64,000 nucleotides of DNA from an uncultured delta proteobacterium (GTDB lineage: Bacteria > Myxococcota > Kuafuiibacteriia > Kuafuiibacteriales > Kuafuiibacteriaceae), in NCBI GenBank assembly GCA_963803435.1, contig CAWDML010000001.1, forward strand, positions 1,216,001 through 1,280,000. The letters are read 5' to 3'. Position 1 is the first letter of the stretch. Each line of letters begins with the position of its first letter. Shown here in pieces: positions 10,147 through 20,445 of the stretch. The notes under the pieces are model-generated. The model was not told where the DNA came from and ran no database searches. It saw only the letters and a list, made by a program, of their open reading frames with translations. The position numbers and the translations under genes were made by a program.

Positions 10147-11745
10147 TCAACCGGGGCCGTTGCCCTCGATGGTGATGTCGTCGCCGATCTCGACACGACG
10201 GCTCAAAGCCTCGGCGGTGCTGGTCGGGAGCACCGGATTGTCCTCGATCCCGAACGAGCCGGAGACCAGCGTGAGGGCGGTGAGCTCGAGGACGGACGCG
10301 AGGGCGGTGTTCTCCCAGATCCGGAGGTTGCCGCTGATGCTGGCGAGGGCGGAGAGACCGCTGAAGTCGATCAGGCGATTGTTGCCACGTACGGTCAGGT
10401 AGCTGCCGATGGTCTGGAGCGCGTCGAGACCAACGAAGCCCGTGAGCGCACCGTCGTACGCGACGCTGACGTATCCGCCGACGGTGGTGAGCGCGGGAAA
10501 GTCGAGCGCGGTGAGCGCATCGTCGTGGACCACCTCGAGGGCGCCGGACAGATAGACCAGCGAGGGGAACGACACCCGCTCGAGGCTCGGATTGCGGAGA
10601 TACTCGAGACCTCCGGCGGTCGCCATCGAAGTGAACGACGTCCGCCGCAAGGCGGGGTTGTCGTGGATGCGGACCGCCGGGCCCGCGAGCAGCAGCTTCG
10701 GGACCTCGACCGTGAGCAGCTGATCGTTCTCGAAGAAGTCGAAGACGCCGTCGACTCGGGTCAGGTTCGGGATCGTGACGTCGACGAGCGCGTCGTCGCT
10801 GACGAAGGCGATGTTGCCGGTGGCGCGCTCGAGACCGCCGAGCGCGCTGAGATCGGTGAGTGCATCGTCGTTCTGGATCCGGAGCTCGCGGACCTTGCGG
10901 AGGTTCTGGAGCCCGCCCAGGTGGACGAGGTTGGGCACGGCGTTGATCTCGAGCAGACCGCCGATCTGCTCCAGGCCTTCGAGGCCGTGGAGCGACGTCA
11001 ACCCGGCGTTGCCGACGATCCGGAAGCTGGCGAAGCGGCGCAGCGACTCGAGCCCGGTCAGATCGAAGAGGAGGTTGTCGTTCTGCACCATGAGCGCGCC
11101 GCCGACCGACGCGAGCGCGTGCAACCCGCCGAGCGAGGTGAGCGCGATGTTCCCGACCACGAGCAGGTCGCCCGTGACCTTCTCGAGCGCGCCCAGCTGC
11201 TCCAGGTCGGTCAGCGTCGCCGAGTTGATGATGATGTTCCCGTCGACGCAGGTGACGCCCTCGAGCGGGAGGAGGCTGCGCGCGTCCAGCGCGACCAGCG
11301 TGCCCTGGAAGACCATCGGTGAGCCGTCGCAGGTGGTGGTGTCGTCCGCGGGGCCGCCGTCGCAGACGTAGGACTCGCTGTCGACCTCATCGGGGTCGAG
11401 CTGGCCGTTCCGATCGTCGTCGACGCCCGCCCGGACCACGGTCCCGCCCCCGGGACAGGGCGGAACGCCGGGCGGGAGCGGATTGACCCGCACGAGCGCT
11501 CCGCCCGAGGGTGTGCCGGTGCACGCGATGGTGGTCTGGGTGACCTCCAGGTCCTCCAGCGTGCCGTTGCAGTTGTCGTCGCCGCCGACGTGCACCACGG
11601 TGCCCCCGAGCTCGCAGGCGGTACCGGGTCCGAGCGTCTCGATGCGCGTGAGGGGCTCGCGAAGGCAGGTCCCGCCCTCGCTGCCGCAGCCCGTCGCCAG
11701 CACGGCGATCGAGAGAATGCACGAGACAGTGCCAACCCGGGGCAT
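10147..11745 (-). CDS. Lipoprotein with two Cys-bracketed acidic repeats and a receptor-L/LRR solenoid
   Basis: LATGC lipobox; two PG..C..GGTVV..G.DD..NG.L...EV repeats; repeated L.SL.GL..L..VGG.L.V..N units. Confidence 0.8.
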   Translation of the reverse strand: MPRVGTVSCILSIAVLATGCGSEGGTCLREPLTRIETLGPGTACELGGTVVHVGGDDNCNGTLEDLEVTQTTIACTGTPSGGALVRVNPLPPGVPPCPGGGTVVRAGVDDDRNGQLDPDEVDSESYVCDGGPADDTTTCDGSPMVFQGTLVALDARSLLPLEGVTCVDGNIIINSATLTDLEQLGALEKVTGDLLVVGNIALTSLGGLHALASVGGALMVQNDNLLFDLTGLESLRRFASFRIVGNAGLTSLHGLEGLEQIGGLLEINAVPNLVHLGGLQNLRKVRELRIQNDDALTDLSALGGLERATGNIAFVSDDALVDVTIPNLTRVDGVFDFFENDQLLTVEVPKLLLAGPAVRIHDNPALRRTSFTSMATAGGLEYLRNPSLERVSFPSLVYLSGALEVVHDDALTALDFPALTTVGGYVSVAYDGALTGFVGLDALQTIGSYLTVRGNNRLIDFSGLSALASISGNLRIWENTALASVLELTALTLVSGSFGIEDNPVLPTSTAEALSRRVEIGDDITIEGNGPG

Positions 11746-11763
11746 GGCGATATAATGCCCCGC
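11746..11763. promoter_or_regulatory. Candidate bidirectional -10 element for two leaderless genes
   Basis: TATAAT (+, 11751-11756) lies 7 nt before in-frame GTG 11764; CATTAT (-, 11752-11757) lies 6 nt before ATG 11745. Confidence 0.5.
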
Positions 11764-13041
11764 GTGGTGTCGGCGAGGCGAGGCTCCGGGGCTCCCGAGC
11801 GGATCGGAAGTTACGCCGTCATCACCGAGCTCGCCACCGGCGCAACCTCCCGGGTCCTGCTGGGCCAGCGGGACGACGAGCCGGAGGTCCGCGTCCTCAA
11901 GCAGCTCCGCCTCGAGCTCGCGGGTGACTCGGTGGCGCGGCGTCGGTTTCAGCGCGAGGCGGTGCTGGCGGCGCGGCTCGATCACCCGAACATCGCGAAG
12001 ATCTGCTGGAGCGGGATCGAGGACGGTCAGCTCTGCATCGCGATGGAGTTCGTGCCGGGCCAGACGCTGGCCGCCGTGTCGTCCGTCCTCGAGGAGCGCA
12101 GGACGCCGATGCCGCGCGTGCTGGCGATCGCGATCGCGCTGGAGATCCTCGAAGGCCTCGCGCACGCGCACGAGCTCGCGGACGACGCAGGACAGCCGCT
12201 CCTGATCGTCCACCGCGATCTTTCGCCGGACAACGTGATGGTCAGCTACGCGGGTCGCGTGAAGATCATCGACTTCGGGACGGCGCGTGCGCGCTTCGAC
12301 GACTTCCGCACCTCACCGGGGGTTCGGATCGGGACGCTCGTCTACATGTCGCCCGAGCAGTCGATGTCCAAGCCGGTGGACCAGCGGAGCGATCTCTACA
12401 CGGTGTCGGTGGTGCTCTGGGAGCTGCTGGCAGGACACCGAATGCTGAAGGCGACCAGCTCGATCGACGTGCTGGAGGAGATCGCGTACCAGACACCGGC
12501 GCGCTTGAACGAGCTCGACCCCTCGATCTCCGACGACCTCGCGGAGGTGGTGGCGCGCGGGCTGGCCAAGGATCCGGAGCATCGCTGGCAATCGGCCCGA
12601 GAGCTCGGCGAGGCTCTGAGGTCGGCACGCCCCCGCGGTGTGGTCGCCGCCGAGCAGCTCGGCAGCTTCATGCGGGACCTCTTCCCGGTGGCGGAGGCCG
12701 ACGCCGCGCAGGCGATCGTCCTCGGGCGTGAGCGCCACCTCCAGGATCAAGAGGAGACGATCCCGGACGAGGGCTCCACGCTCGGCGAGCGCACGCTCTA
12801 CCTCGACACGATGTCCTCCGACGTGGGCCCCACGCTCGCCGCCGACGCCACCCGGCTGTCGTCGCGCCGCCTCCCGCCTGAGCCGGCCGCGAGCCCGCGC
12901 CGCGCGCCGCTCCTCGTCGTGCTCCTCGTCGTGGCCGCGCTGATGGTCGGCTTCACGCTCGGCCTCCTCACGGAGCGGTCGGGGTGGTGGCGGCCGCCGC
13001 CGCCTGGAGGTCCCGGCCTCCACCGGGCGAACCCGCCGTAG
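11755..13041 (+). CDS. Hanks-type Ser/Thr protein kinase with C-terminal TM
   Basis: Degenerate Gly loop (LATGATSRV), VLKQL, IVHRDLSPDN, DFG, GTLVYMSPEQ. Start is 11755 or 11764. Confidence 0.9.
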   Translation: MPRVVSARRGSGAPERIGSYAVITELATGATSRVLLGQRDDEPEVRVLKQLRLELAGDSVARRRFQREAVLAARLDHPNIAKICWSGIEDGQLCIAMEFVPGQTLAAVSSVLEERRTPMPRVLAIAIALEILEGLAHAHELADDAGQPLLIVHRDLSPDNVMVSYAGRVKIIDFGTARARFDDFRTSPGVRIGTLVYMSPEQSMSKPVDQRSDLYTVSVVLWELLAGHRMLKATSSIDVLEEIAYQTPARLNELDPSISDDLAEVVARGLAKDPEHRWQSARELGEALRSARPRGVVAAEQLGSFMRDLFPVAEADAAQAIVLGRERHLQDQEETIPDEGSTLGERTLYLDTMSSDVGPTLAADATRLSSRRLPPEPAASPRRAPLLVVLLVVAALMVGFTLGLLTERSGWWRPPPPGGPGLHRANPP

Positions 13042-13126
13042 GCTCAGTCATCCCCATCAGTTACGCGACGCCGCCATCGGTACGGCGTCTGCATTTCACC
13101 ACGGCGTGCTCACGTTCACGCCTGCC

Positions 13127-13660
13127 ATGCCATCCCCCCACTCCGACGCCGCGCTCATGGGCCACATCGACCGGGGCGACCGCTCTGCGCTGGCAGAGCT
13201 CTACGATCGGTACGCCCCCACGATGCTGGCGCTGGCCCGGAGGATCCTGGGCGATGCGGACGAGGCCGAGGATCTGCTCCACCACGTGTTCGTCGAGGTC
13301 ATGCACCAGGCTCAGAGCTACGACGCCAATCGGGGCTCGGTCCGTGCCTGGTTGATCACGAAGACCCGCTCGCGTGCCATCGATCGGCTGCGCGCCCGCC
13401 AGCGAAGCCGCGTCCTCAACGCCGTCGCGCTGCCGAACCACGCCGCGGCCGAGCACCAGCTCGAGCTGTCGGATCGCCTCGGCGTCCGCATGGGTCTCGG
13501 CCACCTGCCCGAGCACATGCGCACCGTCCTCGCCCTGATGTACTACGAGGGGCGCACCGCCAGCGAGATCGCGACGCGCCTCGACGTCCCGGTCGGCACG
13601 GTGAAGTCGCGCCTCTCCCGCGCCACGGCGCGGCTCCGGGGCATCCTGGCGGAAAACTGA
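13127..13660 (+). CDS. ECF (group 4) RNA polymerase sigma factor
   Basis: GDRSALAELYDRY, EAEDLL, AWLITKTRSRAIDRLR, EIATRLDVPVGTVKSRLSRA. Confidence 0.9.
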   Translation: MPSPHSDAALMGHIDRGDRSALAELYDRYAPTMLALARRILGDADEAEDLLHHVFVEVMHQAQSYDANRGSVRAWLITKTRSRAIDRLRARQRSRVLNAVALPNHAAAEHQLELSDRLGVRMGLGHLPEHMRTVLALMYYEGRTASEIATRLDVPVGTVKSRLSRATARLRGILAEN

Positions 13661-13665
13661 GCCAG

Positions 13666-15006
<1,341 letters not shown>

Positions 15007-15019
15007 GCCGCCGGCGAAG

Positions 15020-15196
15020 TTAGCACGTCGCGATCGGCTGAAGCTCCCGGGAGAGTCGCTCGGCTACCGCCGCGAGATCAGGGCGATACGTCCCGTTCGC
15101 CAGCTGGCGACGGAGGTTTTCCACCCGAAGGCGTCGTCTCGAAGGGGTCTCGGCCGGGCACGGCGGGCGGGCGAGAGAGAGGCCGCTCTTCTTCAT
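15020..15196 (-). CDS. FlgM-like (anti-sigma28 C-terminal motif) microprotein, 58 aa
   Basis: GAGGGGG Shine-Dalgarno before ATG 15196; RVENLRRQLANGTYRPDLAAVAERL resembles the FlgM C-terminal pattern (KV..IK..I..G.Y.VD...IA..L). Confidence 0.6.
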   Translation of the reverse strand: MKKSGLSLARPPCPAETPSRRRLRVENLRRQLANGTYRPDLAAVAERLSRELQPIATC

Positions 15197-15219
15197 CACA
15201 CCCCCTCTATCGGACGCTC

Positions 15220-15256
15220 CGTCAAAAGCTTGACGAGCCTCCGCCATTTTTTCGGC
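15220..15256. promoter_or_regulatory. Two FleQ/FlrA-box-like palindromes
   Basis: CGTCAA-AAGC-TTGACG (15220-15235) and degenerate GCCA-TTTTTT-CGGC (15243-15256), centres 22 bp apart. Confidence 0.5.
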
Positions 15257-15334
15257 AGGGTACCCCTTCCCACACGCGGCGACACTCAGGATCACGTTGA
15301 TCGGTTCCCCGCCAAGTCGGATAGTCCCTCGGGC

Positions 15335-16729
15335 GTGGACGCCAGCGTCCTGGTCATCGACGACGACGGCAAGCTCGGGCGTTTCATCGCGCGCGACTTG
15401 GCCCGGCTGGGATTCGACACGGTCGCCACGGACAGCGGCCAGGCCGGCATCGATCTCCTCCGCGAGCGCCGCTTCGACGTCGTGGTCTGCGACCTCAACA
15501 TGCCCGAGCGCGACGGGTTCGATGTCCTCCGGTTCTCGACCACCCTCGATCCTCCTCCGCCGTTCCTCATGCTGACCGCGTATGGCTCCGTCTCCGCGGC
15601 GGTCGAGGCGATGCGCCACGGCGCCGCCGACTTCCTCGAGAAGCCGGTGAAGACCGAGGAGCTGAGCGCGACGATCCAGGCGATCCTGAGTCGCGCGCCG
15701 AGCCAGGTCCCCAGCGCACAGATCGGCTCCGCGCCCGCACAAGACCTGGTCGGATCACCCCTCTGGTTGGGGCCGTTCCTGGAGACGCTCGAGCGGATCG
15801 CACAGTCCGACGCCACCGTCCTGATCGACGGGGAGACCGGCACCGGAAAGACGGCGGTGGCCCGCGCAATCTGGAAGGGATCGCGACGGAGCAGGCGGCC
15901 GTTCGTCGAGATCAACTGCGCCGCCCTCCCCGACCACCTCATGGAGACGGAGCTCTTCGGCCACGTCAAGGGCGCCTTCACCGGAGCCACCGAGGATCAT
16001 CCGGGCAAGGTGGCGCGCGCAGAGGGCGGGACGCTGTTCCTCGACGAGATCGGCGAGCTCAAGCATGAATTGCAAGCCAAGTTGCTCCACCTGCTCCAGG
16101 AGCGAACCTACACCCCGATCGGCTCCACCGAGACCCGGCGCGCCAACGTCCGCTTCATCGCCGCCACCAACCGCGATCTGCGCAAGGAGGTCGCGTCGGG
16201 GAGCTTCCGCCAGGATCTCTTCTTCCGTCTGGAGGTGGTGAGCCTGACGATCCCGCCGCTCCGCGAGCGCACCACCGACATCCCGATCCTGGTGGAGCAC
16301 TTCGCCCAGCAGGTGGCGGAGCGAATGGACTGCCGCGTCTGCTTCTCCGACGAGACGCTCGCGCAGCTGCGGCGCTACGACTGGCCGGGCAACGTGCGCG
16401 AGCTCGAGAACCTGATCGAGCGCTTCGCGGTGATGCATCCGTCGGACACCGTCATCCAGCCGAGCCATCTCACCGAGCGGATCCGGGGCAGCACCAAGAT
16501 CGAGACCGAGGGCACCAGCGTTCCCGAGTTCGTGGGCGGCGCCGGCTCGAGCTTGATCGATCTGGAGAGCGAAGGGCTGACGCTCGCCGAGGCCGTCAAG
16601 ACGTACGAGGGCGGTCTGATCAAGGCGGCGCTCGACAAGGCGGGCGGCAACCGGAGCCAGGCGGCCAAGCTCCTCCGCGTGAAGCGGACCACGCTGATCG
16701 AGAAGCTCAAGAAGCTCGAGCGGGAGTAG
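15335..16729 (+). CDS. Sigma54-dependent response regulator (REC-AAA+-HTH), FleQ/FlrA-like HTH
   Basis: VLVIDDD..VCDLNMP..LTAYG..KP receiver, [41 protein letters not shown]. Confidence 0.92.
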   Translation: MDASVLVIDDDGKLGRFIARDLARLGFDTVATDSGQAGIDLLRERRFDVVVCDLNMPERDGFDVLRFSTTLDPPPPFLMLTAYGSVSAAVEAMRHGAADFLEKPVKTEELSATIQAILSRAPSQVPSAQIGSAPAQDLVGSPLWLGPFLETLERIAQSDATVLIDGETGTGKTAVARAIWKGSRRSRRPFVEINCAALPDHLMETELFGHVKGAFTGATEDHPGKVARAEGGTLFLDEIGELKHELQAKLLHLLQERTYTPIGSTETRRANVRFIAATNRDLRKEVASGSFRQDLFFRLEVVSLTIPPLRERTTDIPILVEHFAQQVAERMDCRVCFSDETLAQLRRYDWPGNVRELENLIERFAVMHPSDTVIQPSHLTERIRGSTKIETEGTSVPEFVGGAGSSLIDLESEGLTLAEAVKTYEGGLIKAALDKAGGNRSQAAKLLRVKRTTLIEKLKKLERE

Positions 16730-16732
16730 CCG

Positions 16733-17812
16733 TCAGTACGCGGGCGCCACCGGCTCACCCGCGTACACCGCCATCTTTCTCGCGGCGATCGCGTCGAAGG
16801 TGAGCGCCTGCTCGAAGCGCACCCGCGCGCGCCGGCCGGACGCCCGATCCGCGGCCAGGGCCAGCGCGGCTCGCGCGAAGGCCTCCGCGTCTCCAAGCGG
16901 GCACAGGCGCGCCGCGCCGCCCCGCGCCAGCGCTCGAAACGGCGGGATGTCCGAGCCGGCGATCGGCAGGCCCGCGCCCATCCCCTCCACGAACGCCGCC
17001 CCGCAGGCCTCGCGACGGCTGGTGTGCAGCATGACGTCGGCGGCCGCATAGAGAGGCGCCATCTCGGCGCGCACCTCCATGATTCCGCCCAGGCGAGCGA
17101 CGCGCAGGCTCACCTCGCGATGGAGCGGTCCTTCCTCCAGCGCCGCCCAGACGAGGCGCGCCTCCGGACGCTCCGCGCGGATCCGCTCGAACGCGGCCAG
17201 CGCGGTGAAGGGATCCTTCACCTCCGCCGCGCGCGCCACCACTAGCACCGCGAGCGAATGCTCGAGCCCGAGCGCCCGGCGCGCGCGCGTGCGATCCGCG
17301 GGCTCCACCAAGGACGAGATCTCCGGCACCGCGACGACCGGCGTCCCGGGCGCGAGCGCACCCGCGTCGACGAACGGCGCGGCCATCTCGGCGGCGGTGA
17401 AGAACACGCCCGCCAGGCGGCGGGTGGCGGCGCGCATGACCGCCCGCCGCACACGCTGATGGGGCACGGGTCCCGTGTTGTACTCCGCGAAGACCCTCGC
17501 CGGGGCTAGCGCGGTGAGGGCCAACGTCCGGACGTCGAGCAGGTGGAACTGATGCACGACGTCCGGGCGGAGCGCGAGCGCCGAGCGCAACAGGTGCGCA
17601 CCGGGAATGCCGGGGAGGGGACGGCGGACGAAGTGCAGACGGACGCCGTCGTGATCCTCGATGCCGGCCGTCCCTCCGTCCACGAGCAGGTGGACCTCGG
17701 CCCCGAGCCGCGCCAGCGCCCGGGCCTGGGCCAGGTTGTGCCGGTGGAGGAGCAGCAGCCGCGCGCGATCGAAGGCGGGGGCCAGGACGGGGACGATCAG
17801 CGCGACCTTCAC
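16733..17812 (-). CDS. Glycosyltransferase family 4
   Basis: KDP..L.AF, YAAADVMLHTSRREACGAAFVEGMGAGLPIAGSDIP. Confidence 0.85.
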   Translation of the reverse strand: MKVALIVPVLAPAFDRARLLLLHRHNLAQARALARLGAEVHLLVDGGTAGIEDHDGVRLHFVRRPLPGIPGAHLLRSALALRPDVVHQFHLLDVRTLALTALAPARVFAEYNTGPVPHQRVRRAVMRAATRRLAGVFFTAAEMAAPFVDAGALAPGTPVVAVPEISSLVEPADRTRARRALGLEHSLAVLVVARAAEVKDPFTALAAFERIRAERPEARLVWAALEEGPLHREVSLRVARLGGIMEVRAEMAPLYAAADVMLHTSRREACGAAFVEGMGAGLPIAGSDIPPFRALARGGAARLCPLGDAEAFARAALALAADRASGRRARVRFEQALTFDAIAARKMAVYAGEPVAPAY

Positions 17813-18951
17813 CCGGCGGCCTCCTCGAGCACCGCCTCGAAGGCATCCGAGGTCCGCGCGATCGAGAAGCGATCGAGGACCCGAAGGGCGGCGTGCGGCG
17901 CAGGAGCGTCGAGCGCGCGGGCCGCCGCGGTCGCGAGCTCTCCGGTCGCGATCGAGATCGAGGCGCCGAGCTCGAGGAGCTCGCGCGCGACGCCCACGTC
18001 GAAGCAGGCGATCGGGAGCTCGGCGGCGGCCGCCTCGATCAGCGCCATGCCCTGGGACTCGTAGGCCGAAGCGTGGAGCAAGAGGTCGTAGTCGCGATAG
18101 CGCGTCCGCAGGCGGTCAGGTTCGATAAATCCGCAGTGGTGGATCCGATCGGCGATCGAAAGCGCCTCCGACCGACGCCGTAACCGATCCAGCTCCGGCG
18201 TCGTAGCGTACCCGTAGATGTCGAGCGAGACGTCGCGGCCCGCACGTGCGAGCCCGGCGATCGCCTCGAGGAGCAAGCTGGGTTGCTTGACCGGTTGCAG
18301 CGTGGTGACGGCCAGAAGGCGCGTCTGCGGGGCCCGCTCGGGCCCAGCCCTCGCGCCCGACTCCGGTCGCAGGCGCTGGCTGCGCGCTTCGCTTGCCCGC
18401 GGGGCGCGCGACTCGATGGTAGGAACCCCGAGCGGCGTTCGGCGGATCCGATCCCGCGTTCCGGGGCAAACGGTCGAAAGGCGGTCGACGAGCACGCGGG
18501 ACCCGACCGTGATTCGGCGGGCGGCCTGGGCCATCACTCTCAGAGTGAGCCGGTGACGTCGCGAGCGCGCATATCCGTAATGTATGGGGGCGAGGTCTGC
18601 GAGCTCGGCGGCCATGACCGACAGGAGCAGCGGCCGCCGCAGGATCCGGCTCGCGAGGACGCCGGGCCAGCCCGATCGATCGATCCAGAGGGCCCATACC
18701 AAATCGTAGGAAGGACGCCGTGCGAGGAAGCCCATGAGGTCCGCCAAACGCGCGGATCGGGGCCGGTTTCCGTAGCCCTGGATCGAGAGCCCGCGCTGCT
18801 CGATCCGGCCGCGGGCGTTGGGCGGCGCAATGATCGCATGGATGTCGACGGTGTGACGCGCCTTCAGATTCGTCAGGAGATCGATCAGCCCGGGGACACA
18901 CGCGGGCCCGTCCTCGGCGATGAAACCCGGCGTCAGCACGAGCACGCGCAC
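17809..18951 (-). CDS. Glycosyltransferase family 4
   Basis: L.PVKQPSLLLEA, YDLLLHASAYESQGMALIEAAAAELPIACFDVG; GTGA overlap with the next GT4. Start placed at GTG 18951. Confidence 0.85.
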   Translation of the reverse strand: MRVLVLTPGFIAEDGPACVPGLIDLLTNLKARHTVDIHAIIAPPNARGRIEQRGLSIQGYGNRPRSARLADLMGFLARRPSYDLVWALWIDRSGWPGVLASRILRRPLLLSVMAAELADLAPIHYGYARSRRHRLTLRVMAQAARRITVGSRVLVDRLSTVCPGTRDRIRRTPLGVPTIESRAPRASEARSQRLRPESGARAGPERAPQTRLLAVTTLQPVKQPSLLLEAIAGLARAGRDVSLDIYGYATTPELDRLRRRSEALSIADRIHHCGFIEPDRLRTRYRDYDLLLHASAYESQGMALIEAAAAELPIACFDVGVARELLELGASISIATGELATAAARALDAPAPHAALRVLDRFSIARTSDAFEAVLEEAAG

Positions 18952-19106
18952 GCCCGCGCGGTTAGCCGAACGCGCGCCAAGCTGACAACAGGGGCTTGCG
19001 CCCAGCGTGAATCCATAGTCTTTACGCCACCGTCTCGCGGCCAGCTTCGGTTCGCGAAGCGGTGAAGGGATCACACGATCATTCGATCACAAGACAGGGG
19101 AAGTGC

Positions 19107-19499
19107 ATGAAACAGTCGAACGCTCTAATCGTGGCCGCCATCTCTGGAATGATGATGGGCGGTGGACTCGTCGCCTGCAAAAGCGGAGGAAGCTCCAAGT
19201 CCGGCGAGGGCAAGGCAGAGGCGAAGGCCGCTACCGGCGGTGACCAGGCGGCAGCCGAGAAGCACGCCTGCAAAGGCCTGAACTCCTGCAAGGGTCAGGG
19301 CGGCTGCGCGGTCGAAGGCAAGAACGACTGCAAGGGCCACAACGAGTGCAAAGGCCAGGGCGGCTGCGCCACGTCGAAGCACGAGTGTAAGGCGATGAAC
19401 GAGTGCAAGGGCCAGGGCGGCTGCGCCGTCGAAGGCAACCACTCGTGCAAGGGCCAGAACGAGTGCAAGGGCCAGGGCGGCTGCAAGGTCGGCAGCTGA
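19107..19499 (+). CDS. Cys-rich RiPP precursor (bufferin BufA2-like), predicted lipoprotein
   Basis: AGGGG Shine-Dalgarno; signal ending LVAC; four repeats of C-K-[GA]-x-N-x-C-K-G-Q-G-G-C; lies directly upstream of DUF692. Confidence 0.85.
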   Translation: MKQSNALIVAAISGMMMGGGLVACKSGGSSKSGEGKAEAKAATGGDQAAAEKHACKGLNSCKGQGGCAVEGKNDCKGHNECKGQGGCATSKHECKAMNECKGQGGCAVEGNHSCKGQNECKGQGGCKVGS

Positions 19500-19512
19500 A
19501 GCCGAGCTCGCC

Positions 19513-19546
19513 GGGGCGCGCGTCGGTGAAGAACCGGCGCCGCCCC
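19513..19546 (+). other. GC-rich stem-loop between precursor and MNIO genes
   Basis: GGGGCG..TCGGT-GAAGA-ACCGG..CGCCCC can pair; there is no U-tract. Confidence 0.4.
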
Positions 19547-19560
19547 TCGCGTATCGCGAC

Positions 19561-20445
19561 ATGAATCGATTCGGTCTCCCGAACCTGGGTCTCGGTCTCG
19601 GCCTTCGCACCGTTCACTACTCGGCCATCCTCTCCGGACGTCCGGACGTCGGGTGGTTCGAGATCATCTCCGAGAACTACATGCAGACCGCGGGGAGGCC
19701 GCTCCATATCGTCGATCAGATCGCGGAGCGGTATCCGATCGTGATGCACGGCGTGTCGATGTCGATCGGCTCCGTCGATCCGCTCGACCGCGCGTATCTG
19801 AGGGAGCTCAAGGCGCTCCGCGATCGGATCGGCGCCGTCTGGGTCTCGGACCATCTCTGCTGGACCGGCGCCCACGCCACCAACACGCACGATCTCTTGC
19901 CGATGCCGTACACCGACGAGTCGCTCGCGCACGTGGTGGCGCGCGTGAGGCAGGTGCAGGACATCCTCGAGGCGCCGCTGCTCCTCGAGAACCCCTCGAG
20001 CTATGTCGAGTTCACCGGCTCGACGTACGCGGAGTACGACTTCCTGGCAGCCCTCGCGGAGGAGGCGGACTGCGCGCTCCTCCTCGACGTCAACAACATC
20101 TACGTGGCCTCGTTCAACCACGGCTACGACCCGATCGCGTATCTGGACGCGGTTCCGATGGACCGCGTCGTTCAGTTCCACGTGGCCGGCCACACGCACT
20201 GCGGCACGCACATCGTCGACACGCACATCGGCCCGGTGATCGATCCGGTCTGGTCGCTCTTCGGCGAGGCCTACCGGCGCTGCGGCGGCGCTTCGATGAT
20301 GCTGGAGTGGGACGCCGAGATCCCCTCGTTCAAGGACACCTGGGCCGAGGCGAAGCGCGCCCACGAGTTCGCCGACATTCAGGCCCCCTCAACGACGCAG
20401 AAGCTTCCACGGCAGATAAAACACGCCGAACCCGGCCAGCAGTAG
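19561..20445 (+). CDS. DUF692 family multinuclear non-heme iron oxidative enzyme (MNIO)
   Basis: GLGLR..HY, WFEIISENY, HGVSMSIG, WVSDHLCW, HDLLP, LLENPSSY, LLDVNNIYV, FHVAGH, IVDTH, LEWD. Confidence 0.93.
   Translation: MNRFGLPNLGLGLGLRTVHYSAILSGRPDVGWFEIISENYMQTAGRPLHIVDQIAERYPIVMHGVSMSIGSVDPLDRAYLRELKALRDRIGAVWVSDHLCWTGAHATNTHDLLPMPYTDESLAHVVARVRQVQDILEAPLLLENPSSYVEFTGSTYAEYDFLAALAEEADCALLLDVNNIYVASFNHGYDPIAYLDAVPMDRVVQFHVAGHTHCGTHIVDTHIGPVIDPVWSLFGEAYRRCGGASMMLEWDAEIPSFKDTWAEAKRAHEFADIQAPSTTQKLPRQIKHAEPGQQ

Noticed and set aside
19260-19490. CRISPR-like periodic repeats
   Set aside because: In-frame coding repeats of the RiPP precursor; no cas genes and no unique spacers of CRISPR type.
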